NCBI GenBank assembly: GCA_030324005.1
Contig: JARDVH010000031.1
Location: 38,234,442 to 38,298,441 of the forward strand
Origin: Negaprion brevirostris
Lineage: Eukaryota
Length of the DNA: 64,000 nt
Reading direction: 5' to 3'
Positions within the stretch are counted from its first letter, which is position 1; the number at the start of each line of letters is the position of its first letter. The position numbers were made by a program, and so were the translations under genes. A model generated the notes under the pieces. It did not search any database. It worked only from the letters and a program-made list of their open reading frames with translations, and was not told the DNA's origin. Of this stretch, positions 39,113-51,717 are shown piece after piece.

Positions 39113-40639
39113 CTGACCTCACCATGCTGTTAGTAGATCGTGCTGGTCCTGGAGAATAGCATGCGGGCCTAATAATCATCAGTTTTGCACCCAGCCCCTT
39201 CCTATTGGCATGACTAGATTGCGTCCCGGAAGGGTACTAGTCCGATTAGTGTAAGTAAAGTAGTATTTAAATACGCATAGCCAGTTCAAATCCCAGTGCA
39301 TTTGAATTGCAGAATTCACCGGCCTTCGGGCACAGCAAGAATCATGCCTGGTCTCCATTAGTAGAGATCTGGCATGATGGTCTCTCCAGGGGGCTCAGAG
39401 GCCACTGAAGTCACCAGGTGGTTGGGGTGTGGCTGGGCAATGCCCACCTTGCACACCATCAGTGTCCAACAGTGGCCAATGGACAGCCTGGTAGTGCCAG
39501 CTGGATATCTCCAGGGATGATGTGGATATGCCGGCATTGGACTGGGGTAAACAGTAAAANNNNNNNNNNNNNNNNNNNNNNNNNNNNNNNNNNNNNNNNN
39601 NNNNNNNNNNNNNNNNNNNNNNNNNNNNNNNNNNNNNNNNNNNNNNNNNNNNNNNNNNNGGATATGCCGGCATTGGACTGGGGTAAACAGTAAAAAGTCT
39701 GACAACACCAGGTTTAAGTCCAACCGATTTATTTGAATGTTGTCAGACTTTTTACTGTGTTTACCTCCAGTGAACCAGCACAATGCCAAGGGTGTGGGGC
39801 ATAAGTGGGGTCACGATGAGGGGGGCTCGGACTGGTGAGGGGTCATGCAGGGGTAGATCACGATAGCGTCCCAGTGAGGGGCAAGCCAGGAGTCCTAATG
39901 GTGATGCATTGGGAGTCCTGAGATGAGGCAAGTTGGGAGCCCTAAAAGGGGCATGTTGGGGGTCGGGCAGCAGGGTCCATTGGGAGGGCGTGGGAGAACA
40001 TCCCCATTGATGAGGGAGGAGTGAGGTCCTGATGTCTGTGGGGGAGGGAGGGGACCTATTGCACTATCAGGATGCCTTTGTGAAACGGTGCCCGAGTACA
40101 GTGCAGCCAGGCTCATCATTGAAGAACAAGTAGAAGCTACACAGTATCTGAAGCATAGGATCAGCTTGTTCCAGCAGTGGCTCAGACTGCCACCCTCACA
40201 GCTGCAAATACCAATGCTTAAAGGGACCTGTCACTTGTCACAATATGCAGAGTCTTTCCTTCAGTGGATTACTAGGATTGCTGTAGTGTCACCGTGGTGT
40301 ATGAACCCGCTATCCTGTCTGAGAGATAGCGTTCATTCCCCCGTGACTGCCACTTCACCATTAGCAGTTCATGAATTCAAAGATGAGATCTACTGAAGGT
40401 CACAAGCTTCAGCAATGAGTCTTAATGTGATTGAACAGACCAATGTTCGACCCGTAGATCTTTGGGCACATGGGACAGGATATCCCACAAAGTCTGGAAT
40501 CTGGAGTGCAGGATTTGCTTCCTTTTCTTTCCTTCTCTGCCGCCACTCTGCCTCATCATTAAGGTGTTTGGACTAAAAGCATGATGCAGCTTGCTGAACA
40601 AGTTGTTGCCATTTTGAAGCACTGGTACTAAGCTCATCC

Positions 40640-41900
40640 CAGACATTAATGACAACACTGCAATGCTTCAAGAAGAGCTTCAGTGTGCCTTTGAAGGTTT
40701 TCCCTTGTTCTCACCTAAAACTGTGGCAATTTGAAACATGACCAAACCAGACTTGGTGGGGGAGATTCTTTTGATGATTTTCAGCCATCTGGATAATGTC
40801 TAGTCCTTTAAAGTTGGTTGATTTTGAAGGAGTTTTGTCTGGAGGGAGCTGGCTTCTGTTAACGTTTGTTCAATGGTCATCTGATTGAATCTGGTGAACG
40901 TGGCAGAGGCATTGCTGGCGGAACATCTCTAGTGCTCTTATGTGTCTTTGATACACATTCCAGCTATCACTGCAATATAAGAGTTTGATAATGACCACAG
41001 TTCTGTGCACTATGGGTGGGACTTTCTCACTGTGCTTGCCCCAAGACCAGAAAATCCAGCCCGAGGTCAATGGACCTTTGCATGGTCCGATTCCCTTCTA
41101 CGATTCCCATGGTGAGCAGGATAGGAAAATTCCGCCCAATGACTTTTGGCTTTGTTGTCAAACACTTGCTGTCGTAGCTTGTAGAAGGATGGGCAAGCTT
41201 GTGATGGAACTCTTTGTCAATAATGGCCTTTGGAGAGAGTTGGTTGTAAAGGTATGCAAAATACTTAACATGTTCCAGATTCTCTCCTTCAACATATATG
41301 CAGGTTTGGCTGAGCAGGCGTGAGTTGTTTGATTTGGCAACATTAAGACAGGCCCAGTTTCTTGAATGAAACTGAAAATTTGAAGAGATCGGGATTGGAT
41401 TGGAAATCTGGTGCAGAGTGGCATTGCAGTCATCCTCAAAATGTAGATCATGTACGTGTATAGGTTCAGTTTACTTTTGGCATGGAGGCAATTGAGATTG
41501 AAAAGTTTACTATCTAAGCCGTACATAAATGCAGCAGAAGACAGTTGAACTTCGATGAGGTAAAACAGCCACTGTCAGGTAGATTGTAAATAGTGTGGGG
41601 GCTATCACACAGCCTTGCTTTGGCAAGCGTGTGGATTTTGAACATGTCTGTTTCCCACTTAAGACAATTGTAGTCATGTCATCATGAAGCAGTTGCAGGA
41701 TTGTGATGGAGTTCTTTCACATCCAAGTTGTTGGACTACAATTCGCAAAGCCTCATGGTTTACTGAGTCAAGTGTTTTGATCACATCAGTGAAAACAATG
41801 AAAAGTTCTTGGTGTTCTTGACATTTTTATTTAATTTGTCTGGCAGCAAAGACCATGTCAGGGATTCTTCTGAAAGGTCTAGAGCCATTTCATTGGTGCC
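40640..41900 (-). mobile_element. Decayed RTE-clade LINE with a nested MITE (about 41014-41137)
   Basis: Peptides DSKLFNLNCLHAKSK and LLYCSDSWNVYQRHIRALEMFRQQCL; MITE with TIR-like ends gggtgggactttc / ggaaaattccgccc, related to 3528-3660 and 63645-63769. Confidence 0.75.
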
Positions 41901-43789
41901 CCTGCTGCTGCCTGTCAGCCAACCAGTCAGACAGCTACCACCCACATCAAGATACTGCCCTCAATCTGAAATTTAGGTCTTCTAGGAGCAGAGTTGATCA
42001 AAATCCTTCCACAAAGCCACCTACAGTCTCCCCCATTGAAAATCAACAGCCTTCTGCCAATTCTGGTTCAGCCCCTGGGGATACTCCACAGAAGCATTAG
42101 AACATGCAACAGCAGAAGACAAGCACAAAGGGAATACATGAGAGTAATTAGTCAACTTTTGGATTTTGCTTTATAAATTTGGTTTGGAATATTTATTTTG
42201 TGGTGGCTTTTATTTTTATCATTGTGGTCAGGAGAATGCTGTGTGTGTCAGTGACAAAGGAATGGTGGTAAGGTGACTATTGATAAATGAGGATTAGGAG
42301 TTGCATTCATTGATGCCGTAGGCCATTCCTCCTTTTTCTTCATGATGGTGAGCTCCTGAAGTATGCATGTAGATCACCTACAAATGTTATTACGCACTCT
42401 CTTAAATATAACAGGGCCCCTTCAGAGCCCTCCAAGTAGTAGAAGTATTGTTCCAACATGCTAATAGTTTCTTGATCATGTGACATGTGGCTGCATGGCT
42501 TTCTTTATACACGTAGGTCTGGATTTTCATTCCCACGGCCAGGAAGTTCCCCAGCTCATTGCATTAATCTCAGGGAAACATACCCAGAATGGCAGGATCT
42601 GTGATCTGACTGGTGGAATGAGGAGGATGCTGAATGGAATCAGGCCACCATTCCCAGAGGTGGACATGAGGGCTGCCAAATGCCAGTTGGGTAGCTAAAA
42701 GGCCTGCCTTGGTATTCTGAACTTTGCCCCAATTGTTTTCTTAACCATTAGGCCCTCTAATCCTCACCCCTCATTCTGCAACTCATTCCCCATGCCCATA
42801 GATAACAACCTGTGCCAACACACAACTATCATCCACCCTCAATGGTCTCTCATACTCTCCATGCCAACTCATGCTCTCCCCCCCATAGGTCCTTATAAAC
42901 CCTATGCCAACTTAGTGCTAAATCATGCCCCACCCACCACTCTTTGTCTTCACACCCTCCATGTCAACTCACCCAGTATCCATCATGGGCAGACCTCAGG
43001 AGCAAGGCTAAGATGAAATAAAATAAAGTTCTAAATATCTATCCCACACTTTACATTAAAAACTATAATTCATGAAAGCCAATTTAATACATTTAGATCC
43101 CTCAAATACTTAATCCCATATTAAAAAAAAGTCGTATTCATAACATCCCATCAAAGGCAGCTAAGCATTTATAACCTCTTTGAGCAGCCAATCAAACTAC
43201 GAATTTACATCCCCACCTCAACTCTTTCCCACTGTGATGATAATTGGTTGTAGAAAGCAGTTAAGCATTAATAATGCTATAATGATAAGACATAGGGTTA
43301 TGGAAACAAAAAGCAACTGAAACTGCTGAAACAGTTTTTTCAACTCTCTCTACAAAGGCAGTTTGTTTTCATTTTTTGAAGGCTTGGCTATTTAAATCTT
43401 GACAGATTGATGCTTCTATATACCTTATCCTTCTTTCGTGAATATTTACTCCTTGCTCTAAAGGTACAAACTCCCACAATTTGGGGTAAGGTCCTCACTG
43501 CAACAAAAATACGGTCTGTTTCATCTCAGCACCAAGTTTAAATGGTTCTGCTAGCTTTGGGTTTTCCACATCTGGGTGTCACATCCCACCCCCATTTCCA
43601 TCTTCCCACCGCCTCCTTGCACGGAAATTTGTTTTTGCCAGGCATGAGGGGCAAGGTTTTGGAACTGGGAAGTCCATTGCCATTTTGGATACTTCACAGA
43701 GTATCCATGAGTCTGCAAATATCCAGCCCATATTGTCCACACATGCTCAATGATGCACTGGAATCATATAAACCAGCTGATCAGCGGAT

Positions 43790-44070
43790 AGCATTTGTCA
43801 TTAAGTAACTATCCTCTGGTTTGCCCTGGTGGCTGAAATATGTAAAGTGGACTGCCAAAGAATGAAGGCAACATGATTACTGCCAGATTACCAAGTGATG
43901 ATCTACATGATATTCTGAGTATCAGAATGTACCAGCAGGACATTGAGTGAAATTCCTTTTGGCTGTGGTACATCTCAGAATTGATATACAGAGTGACATG
44001 TATCCAGTTAATGTCAGCCTGCACCAAGAGGAAATCTATGATCTTGGTGGCCACTCATGCATGTTCCACC
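43790..44070 (-). pseudogene. Second, highly decayed Harbinger-type transposase relic
   Basis: Minus-strand VQADINWIHV..., SQKEFHS... and the following sequence parallel the GAIDCTHV...RKGFHS..VQ layout; frameshifted. Confidence 0.5.
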
Positions 44071-47000
44071 TGTTTCTCTCTAGTAAGAAAGAATAGAATG
44101 GAATGCTTTACATATAAAGCCTCAGTGCCCTCCCTAGAGCAACACTGCATACTGATTTGGCTGTCTGAAGTAACAACTGTTCCGGCTTGAAAGGAGTCCG
44201 GTGCATAATAGTATAGGGTCATGATCATGTTCATAGCCTTTGGCAGTGCAGTCCTTGCCCTGTTTTGGGGTTGAGGTTACGGCAGCAGTGGGTGCTGGGT
44301 TTCAGGGAGTACCTTCTTGATGAAATGGAGACTTCTCAGACAGATATCATTCCTCACTGAGGTTCAGTTAGAGAGTTGCTCCCTCAACATTTGCGAGGAT
44401 ACAGACTGCTGCTCAGACTCCTTATCCCCTCTTCCTCACCCCACTTTGAACAGCCTCTCCTCCTTTACTGTGAGCATATCTAAGAGTAAATGTTTTGCCC
44501 AGGCTTAACACAATGGGTTAACAAAATTTGAGACTCATGATAAATGAGGGTTAGTGTAAGCTTGGATAATAAATATGGCTTGAAGATAGAAAATAGCAGT
44601 GTCTGGACCTGATGGAAGCCAGTGGTGTTTCCTGAATGTCAGAGCTGGGATTGTTGCTTTTTTAGCAATATAGACTAAAGGACAAAGTTCTAAAGTGTGT
44701 CAAGGACAAAGTGACCTGGGGGTGCATGTGCATAGATGTTTGAAGATGTCAGAATATATCGAGGGAGTAGTTAGCAAAGCATATAGAATGTTATCCTTCA
44801 TAAATAGAGGCATTGGATAGTAACATCTGAGCTCCAGTGCCAGGACAGTGTAACTGGGGATACACCACTTATGCGCTGGNNNNNNNNNNNNNNNNNNNNN
44901 NNNNNNNNNNNNNNNNNNNNNNNNNNNNNNNNNNNNNNNNNNNNNNNNNNNNNNNNNNNNNNNNNNNNNNNNNNNNNNNCGCTGGGAAATCATTTTGCAT
45001 CCCCAGATGTTTCCAGTGAGTTTTGCACGGCAATTGCATGTGCAATCTTCCAATTGGCAATTGCCCTGAACTGGGAACCATGTAATTTAGATCACAATCT
45101 TCACATGGTTCCATCTCTCTTACATCAATAGTTCCCCATAAAAAGTTAGAAGAATTAAAACCACTTCTAGTTTTTGGGTAACTATTGTATAGACCAATAC
45201 CAACACCCCCATGGGACTCCCCTGACAAACATCCCCACATGATTCTCCTATCCTCCAATTAACATTCTCCAACGGATCTCCCCACACAGCACCTGTCATG
45301 GCTTGCTGAGCCTCCCACCCCACCCCTAACCCATTGACAGCCCCCTGTGTGCCCACCTTCCCTAACCCACTAAATTCTGATCATTTACCTGAGAAACCTA
45401 CTTTCCCCTGGCTTGTAAGTTCCTGGAACTTTAATCCTACCTGATTTTTGGCAGTTAGTGCAGTAAAACAGGGAGCGTGACTTTCTTGCATCCTGCTCTG
45501 AAGTCCACAACAGAACACTCCAGGAAGGCATTACCCTGCACTGTTCTTGCCTGGTCTGAATCAAAAGGTTGGGTCAGAAAAGAATAGGAAGTTTTCAAAG
45601 TAAAATTGAGAGATAATCCAACTCTGATTGCCACCCATTAAGTGCAGGAAAGTTATTCTGAACCACAATGAGAGCATGCATTTAGTTGCAATTAGCACTC
45701 TCATTAAGGATATGAATGAGGGTCCTTGACAGGGTGCAGAGGAAATTTACCAGAATAGTTCCGAGGATGGAGGATTATAGCTATGAGCTGAAGGTGGGGA
45801 AGCTGGGGCTGTTCTCCTTGGAAATAAGAAGTTTATGGAAAGATTTGATAGATGTGTACAAGATTGCACCCGGTTTAATGAGACAAAGAAAAACATTTCA
45901 ATTAGTTGATAATAGAGGGACTCAGATTTAAGATTTTGGGAAAGAGAAGGGAAGACTGTGATTCCAAAGGAAACAGGAAGGGTACTTGAAGGATTTATGG
46001 AGATAGAGTGGAAGAATGGGATTGATTGCATTATTCTCCAGAGAGTTGGTATGGACTAGATTAGCCAGTGACCCCTTCTGGCTGTGCCTCTTTGATTCCA
46101 CAACTCCCTTTAGACTATGGAAACTTTAAATAACAGTTCAAACTCCAAAGCTCCTCTATAAACTCAGCAACAGCAGAAAGAAATAAATCAGCAACAGACC
46201 TGAAAGTAACTGATGATCCCTTTAAATACTGCAGATGAGGGCATGCTTCCTACTACTGAACACATATTTAGCTGTGCAAGGTTACGTGAAGGTATCAGCG
46301 GGCACCACTGGTGTCAAATCAGCGTTACATGTTGTTTGTTATCATTATNNNNNNNNNNNNNNNNNNNNNNNNNNNTTTTGCATACTCCTGGCACATTGTC
46401 CTTGCACCCGCAACAATGTCCAACTCAAGATGGTCCAGCATTGCCCATGTCATCCGTGTGCATATGCATCAAGGACACAATTTGGTAAAAAGAAAACATC
46501 TAGAACTGATTAAAAAAAAAATGACTAAACAACCAATTTTGATTGCAGCACTAACCTATCACTGCTGACTATGAGTGCAAGTAGCCAGATCAATCTTTAA
46601 TACGATGGTGAGATGACGAGAGTGTGGGATTGGTAGACGGTATAGACAACCTGAAGAATTCTACCAGATGGGCTGGATTTTACTAGTCCTCCAGGAGGCA
46701 TTGGCAGCCCGTAAAACATGAGAAAGTGAGGGGTGGCATTATCATCTCCTTCCTGCCATCAGATCATTTTTCAGCAGTGGGGAAGCTGGCGATGGTCCTC
46801 CTACCCAGAGGGAAATTGAGGGAAGGTATGTTTCTTTTCAATCTATTCTTTCAGACAATATGAACATCTATGGCTCAGCCAGCATTTATTGTTCATCCAG
46901 GTGATGTAGGTACACCCACAGTACTATCAGTGAGGGAGTTCCAGGGACAGTGAAGGAACAGTGAAATATTTCCAAGTCAGGATGGTATGTGGCTTCGATG

Positions 47001-47381
47001 CAGTGGCATTTCTTTGCATCTGCTGTCCTTGTCCTTCTCGATGGTATTGGTCACGGGTTTGGAAGGTTCTTTTGACGTATGCTTGACAAGTTACTGCAGG
47101 ATGTCTTGTATATGATAGATACTGCTGCCACTGTGTTGGTGATGGAGGGAGTGAATGCGGGGTGCCAATCAATAACAAATTCAGGGCCTTTCCCACCTCT
47201 ACTGGCATTCATTCAGTAGTAGGAAGCTCTCTGCAATATGAGGAGATGACCAGGAAAACCTTGGTAGCTTCCCAGGAATTTCAGGAAGGGAAACCTTCCT
47301 ATTCAGGCACTCTTTGGCTACAGAGGCACTCTCCTTTGGCAATGACCACTCAGCAGCAGCAGGGCTGTCTGCTGTAACCAT

Positions 47382-50300
47382 TGTAATATAAGTGTGCTAC
47401 AGCATAGCAAGGGTTATGTGGGACTGAAGAACAGTATGATATAGAGATACATGATCATAGACTGGAGTTGAGTTGTAGAGAGCCACTTGAGCAGGACTCA
47501 ACATGCAGTTAGCTCTTAGTTCAGGCCACACCTTAGAGATGGATGCTACTCAGTGTTACCAATAATTACTACTGTCAACCTTACAAGCCTCTGAACCTCT
47601 TTGAGACCTACTGAACAAACATTTACAACATAGTCCAAAAACAGAAAATGCTGGAAAATCTCAGCAGATCTGATAACGTCTATGAAGCGAAACAGAGCTA
47701 ACATTTGAAGTCTGGATGTCTCTTCATCAAAGCTGGCTCCCCAGTTCTGACTTATCCAGACTTGAAACTTCTACCTGAATTTTACCACTTCACCCACCTG
47801 AGGCTCATAAGATCCTGCCCGAGACGAAGTGAGAGAGCTAGCAAAAATCCGGCGATTATCTCTTTTCACTCTCCACAGGTGCTTTCAGAACTGCTGAGAT
47901 TTTCCAGCATTTTCTGTTTTTTGTTTCAGATTCCAGCATTTGCAGTAATTTGTTCTTAACTTGCAACATGGTGGCAGCTAACAAAGGAACCCAGAACCAA
48001 CGAAGCTGGGAAGGACCTTGGAATCTGAAAGAATGAAAGCAACAGCATCTTAACTTGACTGAAGTGCATCTGGACTGAAGAGACAGCTGGAGGTCGCCAG
48101 AAAGGTCCATTGCAGACATGGAGGCTGAAGGGGAGAAGAAAAATCAATTGTACAGCTGAAGGACTCTACCAGAGTTTGTAGAGGCTCATTGTGAATCCCC
48201 AGCAATTACAGAGTCAAGGATGAGCAAAAATTCAGTTCTAAGGATGAACTAGCCTTTAAAAGTGTTCAGGCTATGAGTCATCTTGTTAATCACTGTATGC
48301 AGCCTAGGTTCAGGGTCAGCGCTGTACCATGTAGCAGCCGAGCTCATCTGAAAGCAAAGTATTGAAAACTCAGTCAAAGCCAGGAATTGCTTTTTAGTTG
48401 CCCTAACATGGTCCAAAAATGTTCTAAAGGGACCAATTCATTGATTAAAAAATTTGCGACAAGAAATTGATCCCTTTGATAGGTTGTGGGAGCCCACCAA
48501 AACCCAACAAGCAGAGCAAGAAACATTGAAAAAAATGGTTAGTGCCTCATCATGAAATGAAACAACATTTAAAGCTTTATTTCTCTGAGCTGAAAATCAG
48601 CCCTAACAGATCAATTTGGGAAGGGCCAGACCAAGTGCAGAATTTTGCTTTGGCAAAAAAGATTTTGAAGATACATGTAGGCAGCAGGATTCAATAAAAA
48701 TACAGACGCTGAACAAGCGAAAAGACTACTGTATACTCAGTGGGTTTGGTAGCCAATGACATTGTGAGACAAGGAATAAATGAATCTTCAGATATATTTG
48801 AAAATGTTCTGAAATCCTTTGATATCTTTTTTAATTTAAAAAGTAATATCATTTTAGAGCAAGAAAAGTTCAGAAAGCGAGTTGAACAACCTGAAGAACC
48901 CATTAACTCTTCCATAAGCAAATTATACATATTGGCTGAAGGCTGTGACTCTGGCAGCCTTCAGTCAGAGCTCGTATGAGAGCGAATAGTCATCAGAGTG
49001 GCAGATAAAGACCTTTCAGACATACTACAGGCAAAAGATGATCTGACTCTCGGAAGGAAAATCCAAATAATTGGGTTGTCTGAAATTCACCAACAACACC
49101 AGTTCATTTCATGTGGTGAGGTTAAACCATGATGTGAAGTAACCCCACCTGTCCAACTCATTAGGCAACTGAGGTGCAGGGAGATTCCAGGTCAGAGAAG
49201 ATATATCCATCAGATCACATAAAGCATATTAACGCCGTGAAGCCGAAAGACCTCAGGCAAGAGCAATGTTTAGCAATCTCTTTATAGTGTTTCAACTACA
49301 ACCACTGGGACACTTTGGAAAACTGTGCAAGTCTAAGGCATTAGTGGGTTCTTTCTGGCCTCGTTGCCAACATGTATCATTGCGGACAGGACTGGAAAAT
49401 TTGGTGGGTAACTGGCCACTCTCTAAACTTTCCTGTCCTGCCTGTGACAATGTCCACTGCTAGTGGCGCTGGAAAATCCCAAAACAGTCCAGATGACTGA
49501 GATGTCAAACCAGGAAGAAATCCTTCTTGGGTGAGATCAAGGATCCTGGATTCTCCTTTTGCAATACATCTCTGTAAATGGTCACCTCACCTGTTTCAAA
49601 TTAGACACCGGAGCCCACGTTATGATCCTCTTGGATGAGGAACCATATCTAAAAGATCTACAATGACAGACATACGACTTAATAACCCTGGAGGAATCCA
49701 ACTTATGGTCATAGGTATGATCCTTGAACCATTCCGGTGCAGTGATAAGCAAGTTTTTGAAGTTCTGCACAACAATCTGAAATCAATCTGTTTCTCTCTT
49801 AAGTAAAGCTAACTGTGTTTCCCATTACGGCCTCAAAATGGCAGACAGTGTCAAAACAATCTCTGTTGTCAACTACATGGAATTGCAAATTCCTGGGAGG
49901 TTCACCAGTAAAGAGACTCTCAGCTGAAAGTTCAGTTCTGAATTGTCTTCGTTCTTGCAGGGTTGGCTTGTCCAACTCTCTTGCAGGTAGCTCAACTTTG
50001 GACAGACCAGCTAAATCTTTAGATAAGTACCATCATACTTTGAGCAGAAGACACACATAAGAAGGACCAGCAACAGAACGATGAGCCCAAACCTCAGGCT
50101 CCAATGGTTGCTGTTACACAACCTGGTAATACCATAACAATGAAACTGCAATTTCTAACAGAAGCACATGTCAGCACTGTAATGCTGGAACAGGAGAACA
50201 GCAACTATCAACTCGCCAGAGGTACAAGGGCACAAGAAGGAATGTAGTATGACAATGGAAGCCAAACTGTGGGTTGAAATCTTCAATGAGGAACATTCAA

Positions 50301-51717
50301 ACATAATGGATATATATCCCAGAAAGATCCTGGTGGGCCCCACAGAAAAAGAAAAGATGAATCTACCCAATGAATGAGCGAAGTGAACACCTTCTCCAGA
50401 AGGAACGCAACAAGCCAATGGTATCCGAACAAAGCAGATGGGTTGTCAATAAGGAAAGGCTCAACTCCAAGGTGTGCAAAAAATGAATCAGATGGAGACA
50501 ACTAAGTGCTGGAAACACAATACTAGAAGTGCGATCTTACCTGGTGTTCACACCACACTCTCACTGAAGCAAAGTCATCGAATTTGGCAGTCAGTCAAAT
50601 CTCCATTCACTGCAGTGGGATGGGAAAATCCTGCCAACATGAATGGTGGTAAGATTCTGGCCTACAATTTCAACTCCAAGCCAACAAAACTTGCCCAAAG
50701 CAATTGGGCCTAGCACTTCTTCAAACTTGACCAGAATATGTTGGGTGAAGAGTTGGGGGCAGTGTGATATAAGGGTGTTCAGCATAACAAAGGTTAATGT
50801 GGAACTGGAGAACAGTGTAGAGAGACACGTGACAGTAGTCAGTAAACAGAGGGCTGTAACTTCTAATTGATGTCAAAAGGTGATGGCCCGCTGGAATGAC
50901 AATACTTTTTTCCTCCTCAATTACCTGCTCTTGAAAATTTCACTGAAATGTCCAATGGCCGAAGCTGCTTCGAGCCTTCAGAGCTCAAGGCAGTAAAGCA
51001 GCATTAGATTCAGGAAGGTCATGCCTGTATTTTTACTGCACTCGCCACTGTGAAGTTTATAGGGCTCAGTGAAATTGACAGGTCAGGGAGAAGATTAATG
51101 TCCAAATTAAGTAGATGAGATTTGGGTGGTTGGGACGTTTTGAGGTCAAGGGGGTTTGGAGAGGGTGGAGGTCAGGATGCTGGGGGAGGTCGGAGAGACA
51201 GGAAGACTCAGATGTTGGGGGCTCAGGTGAAAACCCTTGGGGAATACCATGGGAAGGCTGATGAATTGGGGAGTGGGAGTGTTCCATGCAGGAATCTATC
51301 TGGGTATTTAAAATAGTTATGCAGAAGTTAGGAGGTATTGTTTCTTCTAATTTTTCTTGAGTAGCTATTAGCGTAACCTTGACAGAACATTCTGAAATTA
51401 GCTACTTAAATCACTTTGCAGTGCAATTACCCAGGGGGATGTTAGCACTTCTGGACAATTATCACAAACACTTAACTGGAAACTTCTCCGAGGATTCCCC
51501 AACGCATTTTTGGAGTCCCCCAAATATAACACTGGGGAGCCAGAAAGGCCAGAATTGTATGGAGTGACTCAAGTAGGAGTCAACAAGGAGTGAGCTCCTA
51601 TTTTGACCTATACTTTTTATATTGGTATATAGCTATCTATTATCGGTGAACGCTATTATTCAACCTTACAAGCCTTTGAACCTCTTTGTGAGACCCGCTG
51701 AACAAATCCTTACAACA
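47382..51717 (+). mobile_element. Decayed Gypsy/Ty3 LTR retrotransposon with both LTRs (5' LTR 47382-47630; 3' LTR about 50763-51717, split by an insertion)
   Basis: TG...CA termini; LTR similarity (ttacaagcct.tgaacctctttg...gaacaaa...ttacaaca at 47581-47630 and 51666-51717; tgt.atataag.gtg...cagcata at 47382 and 50763); PBS-like tggtggcagc at about 47969; gag-like 48740-48979; protease FKLDTGA at about 49595; purine-rich tract before the 3' LTR. Confidence 0.8.
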
